Shown here piece after piece: positions 61,701-63,693 of a DNA stretch of 63,693 bases. Made by a program: the position numbers and the translations under genes. Each line of letters starts with the position of its first letter. The first letter of the stretch is position 1. This DNA is from an uncultured Clostridia bacterium (GTDB taxonomy: Bacteria > Bacillota > Clostridia > Christensenellales > CAG-314). The stretch covers positions 1-63,693 of the forward strand of contig CANQCN010000002.1 in the NCBI GenBank assembly GCA_947589685.1, read 5' to 3'. Under the pieces are notes generated by a model that did not search any database, was not told the DNA's origin, and saw only the letters and a program-made list of their open reading frames with translations.

Positions 61701-63693
61701 CTGCGCTTTACGCCCACGATATTCGTGACGTCGAGGGACAGCAGATCGGTGTGCGCCACGGCTCGGACAAGCTCCAACAGATCGTCAAGGTACGTGTTGT
61801 ATCCTTTCAAGCCGTCCAACGTGCCGTCGATATCCTCCAAAGCCGTTGCTTCGGGGTCGTCCTTGGCGCCGTCAAGAGCGACTCTGAGTTTGATACCGCC
61901 GACGTTAACGTAAAGCTTGCCGCCATAGAGCCACAAATTGCCGCCCTCAACGAGAGCTTTGCCGTTGTAATGTATCGACTCTATCTTTATATATACGTCC
62001 GAACCGAGCGTAGTGATGGTCGCGGTGATCTTGTAGACGTTTTCGCCCAAAGTGAGCGTGACGCTATCCAATTTGACGGAGTAGCCACTCGCTTTCATCA
62101 ACGCGCCGATAGCGGGTGCAAGATCGCCGAGGGCGTCCGCCGCATCGAAGTAATCGCCTTCTTTCGCGTCGGGCAGTCCGTTGACGTCCGCGCCGATAGC
62201 CTGTTGCTTGGCAGTCGCCTCGAAGCTTCCGCCCTCGACGGTGAGCGAACCGAGAGAAACGTTTTCGTCGTCGCCGACGTTGAAGTCGGCTTTTACGGTA
62301 AGCTCTCCGAATGTGAGGTCGAGGCAATAGCCGTTGTCCGTACGAGCGTATCCGAGGCTGTCAAGCAACGACTTGATCGTGCCCGCAACGCTGCCGCCGA
62401 GGTCGAATTCGGGCATTGTTACGCCCAATTGAGCAAGAGAAGTTTTTATTTTGCCTATGTCGTTTTTGAGATCGAGCATAAGCTTTGTCTCGCCCGATTT
62501 TACGAAAAGCTTGCCCGATTTGATTTCGAACGACGCGATGTTTTCTTTGAGACTTGCCTTGCCGTAAATGCGTTCGTTGTACAGATCGATACGCAATTGA
62601 ACGTTGGCGGAAAGCTTTTGAGCGTCGTCCGCGCCGAAGGTCAAGCCGATGTTGAGATCCGTGCGGTAATCGCCGCTCGGCGCTTCGATCGAGCCCGTGT
62701 AAGCGACGATACAAGCGCTCAGCGAGCTTGCGGCAATGGTCCGTGCGCCGCTGCCGTCGTTGCCAAGGGCGATTTCGCTTGCGGCAAGCTTTGCACGCTT
62801 GTTGTCGTCAACGCCGACAGTGAACGTAACGTCGCTTGCAAGTCCCAGCTTGGAACCGGCAACGGTGAGCAAAATATTGTTGTCGTCGTAGAGCGAAATG
62901 CCGCCCACAAGGTCGGATACGGTGCGGAGCGAGACAAGCTTGTCGGGAAGTCCTTGAACAAAGTCGATGACGGCGTCCGCCGCGGCGTGTATCCCGCGAT
63001 AGCTTTCGAGCGCGTCGGTAAGGTCGTCGAGGCGGAATTCGCCCCTGTCGCCGCTTGCAGGAGCAAGGTCTATCGCTTGCTTGATACCGTTGACGTCGAG
63101 ATACAGAACTTTGCCGTCCGACTCGCTTGCGAGAACGACCTCACCTTGAATGAGGGGCAGATCGGGCTTGCCGTCCGCCTTGTCACTGACGGTAAAGGTC
63201 ACTTTGAGATCCGTGTTGTACCATATTTCCGCATTGATAGCATAGTGTTTGCCGCCCAGCGCGAGAACAAGCCCCAACGAGGCGTTTACGCCCGCATTGT
63301 CGTTGACTATCGACTTGATCTGCGCAGCTTCAAGCACGTTGTAAAGAACGTTGAGCAGCTTGTTGCCGTCGGCGTAGTCATCGTCGTTTTCGGAGGGTCC
63401 GACGATCTCGGACGGGGTTTGCATATTGGCGGTGAGCGCGACGTCGCCGAAGGTCGCGGTAAGCGAACCGAAGCTCAACACGCCGTCGGTGTTTGTGAAG
63501 TTGACGGAAATCTCCGCGCCGTCGGAAAGGAACTCGATCGCGGGTTTTTCGCCCGTGAGATCGAAGCTCAGCTTGGAAAGCAATTCCTTGACGTCGAACT
63601 TCGTATCAGAGGTATTCGTATCCGAAACGAGCGCAACTATCTTGCCGATCGCTTCGGCAATGCCGTCCGCTTGGAACATAAGGGCGATCTGCC
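58790..63693 (-). CDS. Giant beta-rich protein of unknown function (over 1,630 aa; N-terminus beyond the window) with an embedded CxxC-x16-CxxC zinc ribbon near the C-terminus
   Basis: The frame is open from the TGA at 58790-58792 to the window edge, with no stop in 63680-63691. It is rich in D/N/G/T/S/V/L with alternating-pattern segments such as GKLYVNVGGIKLRVALDG and LTLKVDGSDWTVPEITATV. The zinc ribbon is CPQCGSTNIKYRFDFTFKYDCNNCG (about 59410-59483). Confidence 0.8.
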   Translation of the reverse strand, partial: QIALMFQADGIAEAIGKIVALVSDTNTSDTKFDVKELLSKLSFDLTGEKPAIEFLSDGAEISVNFTNTDGVLSFGSLTATFGDVALTANMQTPSEIVGPSENDDDYADGNKLLNVLYNVLEAAQIKSIVNDNAGVNASLGLVLALGGKHYAINAEIWYNTDLKVTFTVSDKADGKPDLPLIQGEVVLASESDGKVLYLDVNGIKQAIDLAPASGDRGEFRLDDLTDALESYRGIHAAADAVIDFVQGLPDKLVSLRTVSDLVGGISLYDDNNILLTVAGSKLGLASDVTFTVGVDDNKRAKLAASEIALGNDGSGARTIAASSLSACIVAYTGSIEAPSGDYRTDLNIGLTFGADDAQKLSANVQLRIDLYNERIYGKASLKENIASFEIKSGKLFVKSGETKLMLDLKNDIGKIKTSLAQLGVTMPEFDLGGSVAGTIKSLLDSLGYARTDNGYCLDLTFGELTVKADFNVGDDENVSLGSLTVEGGSFEATAKQQAIGADVNGLPDAKEGDYFDAADALGDLAPAIGALMKASGYSVKLDSVTLTLGENVYKITATITTLGSDVYIKIESIHYNGKALVEGGNLWLYGGKLYVNVGGIKLRVALDGAKDDPEATALEDIDGTLDGLKGYNTYLDDLLELVRAVAHTDLLSLDVTNIVGVKRSGNGLQLSVNEGALTLKVDGSDWTVPEITATVQPTSDNNGLTLVLNGFAYKNIALEINKLTVSANDGFVAPSDDEDWTTNLDISVNDDSGVTNTVHVRVDLDKKAVYVRIDSQDERNEATDKAMYKLFVKYDIGLNKLWISNHENARTSVNISEIGKLVNEVQKIVNRVAKEGNNFDLPNLFGDGFDLAEILRSLRFVHGEKGVGVTLNAMGFGVEALLSNSKLTADIDISSIFDGTTLTLKDGVADAHSDFAKDIDEDITKNGASYVSLDGVLDDLFYGRTDGELNTTESGVIYDLVNTNAWRFDFTDNKETETTSEINITSKNEQGVSVTDSYRIQSGSYIAFYFNKSDTVFSMNTLIDTFKKDKQEGYAMLFDLLNSLQLRAKFTLLKKANGESNYNEMVILDVALLRTQQTVYEGNKMTVKPKSRLYVSYDTSSNRDGVLRATLNLDSLQDVIGLKDALDSVLNGAIGKLVDSVQSMISEAQSNMPKLQLGRVARLIKSVSYGGYPNNFDIALRGSAFSDKLGDINLDVQPCINNTTNGNPVGNGLLVNNLKLSYDGISIDLNNVSVTASPFHGDKGEDSTADTRTYDYVDQCINAYLADNDTNGDATGSPSTAENFNKYNVSGHNMGNHMDMDSIYELAAALVITAGNEDTSGRRSFEIKGTLHIDILSIYNVDIDMTMYADIDEHGDSYFAVRLVRPDKNVFEDKGGNSYLTFATNGGNPVFNIYRDSRLNNRCPQCGSTNIKYRFDFTFKYDCNNCGAKKIKPVDNKLDSDFDMKYAYNETNISPEVFLDNLIQNKRYLFELLNFESTIENLIIDKINDPNAKVFGVDYGIEDILDTGESYNYGDATDNKGNAVAGYKQFEIKANLSPISSALGTLDVKIHHSGSFEGLMWFNKETGRYEYKADKLAAIKLKRLCGGLNIISIVHINFDLDHTTPGYGTAWYFTSDLKQMWKNPNVWADGYTV

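Noticed and set aside
1-63693. Searched for rRNA, tRNA, prophage, transposase/integrase, toxin-antitoxin, restriction-modification and cas genes
   Set aside because: No cloverleaf-like tRNA sequences, rRNA signatures or recognisable mobile-element or defence enzyme motifs were found in any frame. The SIR repeats therefore have no cognate mobilisation gene within this window.

Overview
This 63.7-kb chromosomal window comes from a moderately GC-rich, endospore-forming Firmicute. The Clostridia-like markers are spoIVFA/spoIVFB, spoIIGA-sigE, a CIRCE-controlled hrcA operon, a T-box-like ileS leader and a long Bacillus-type SRP RNA. I recognise about 65 protein genes, mostly housekeeping: hrcA-grpE-dnaK-dnaJ, prmA-mtaB-HIT-rpsU, minD-minE, recX, obg-yhbY, nth, ileS, prs, rplI, rpmG-secE-nusG-rplK-rplA-rplJ-rplL and cdd. 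I found no rRNA, tRNA, CRISPR array, transposase or integrase. The most unusual content is non-coding. A modular, hairpin-dense intergenic element (called SIR here) occurs in five large copies (about 330-560 nt) and two partial copies. Its helices are kept by compensatory and G-U-compatible substitutions. The best copies have promoter-like and terminator-like ends, expansion domains sit inside otherwise conserved cores, and the elements abut gene stop codons. Two inverted copies bracket a uridine-kinase-like gene. I cannot assign the element to any RNA or IS family from memory. It is my best candidate for something undescribed, either a new ncRNA family or a non-autonomous mobile element. Other items worth a second look:
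- A beta-rich protein of more than 1,630 aa, open at the window edge, with an embedded zinc ribbon and a low-GC 3' module.
- A low-GC island (XRE regulator, small TM peptide, two zinc-ribbon membrane proteins) that splits the normally adjacent dnaJ-prmA genes.
- A NadD-YqeK-RsfS triple fusion that keeps an internal RBS.
- Twin palindromes around an orphan pilin gene.
- A NagA-like protein lacking metal ligands.
- Two interrupted genes (DUF819 and a zinc-ribbon/DUF4190-like gene).
All homology calls come from motif recognition by eye, not from searches.
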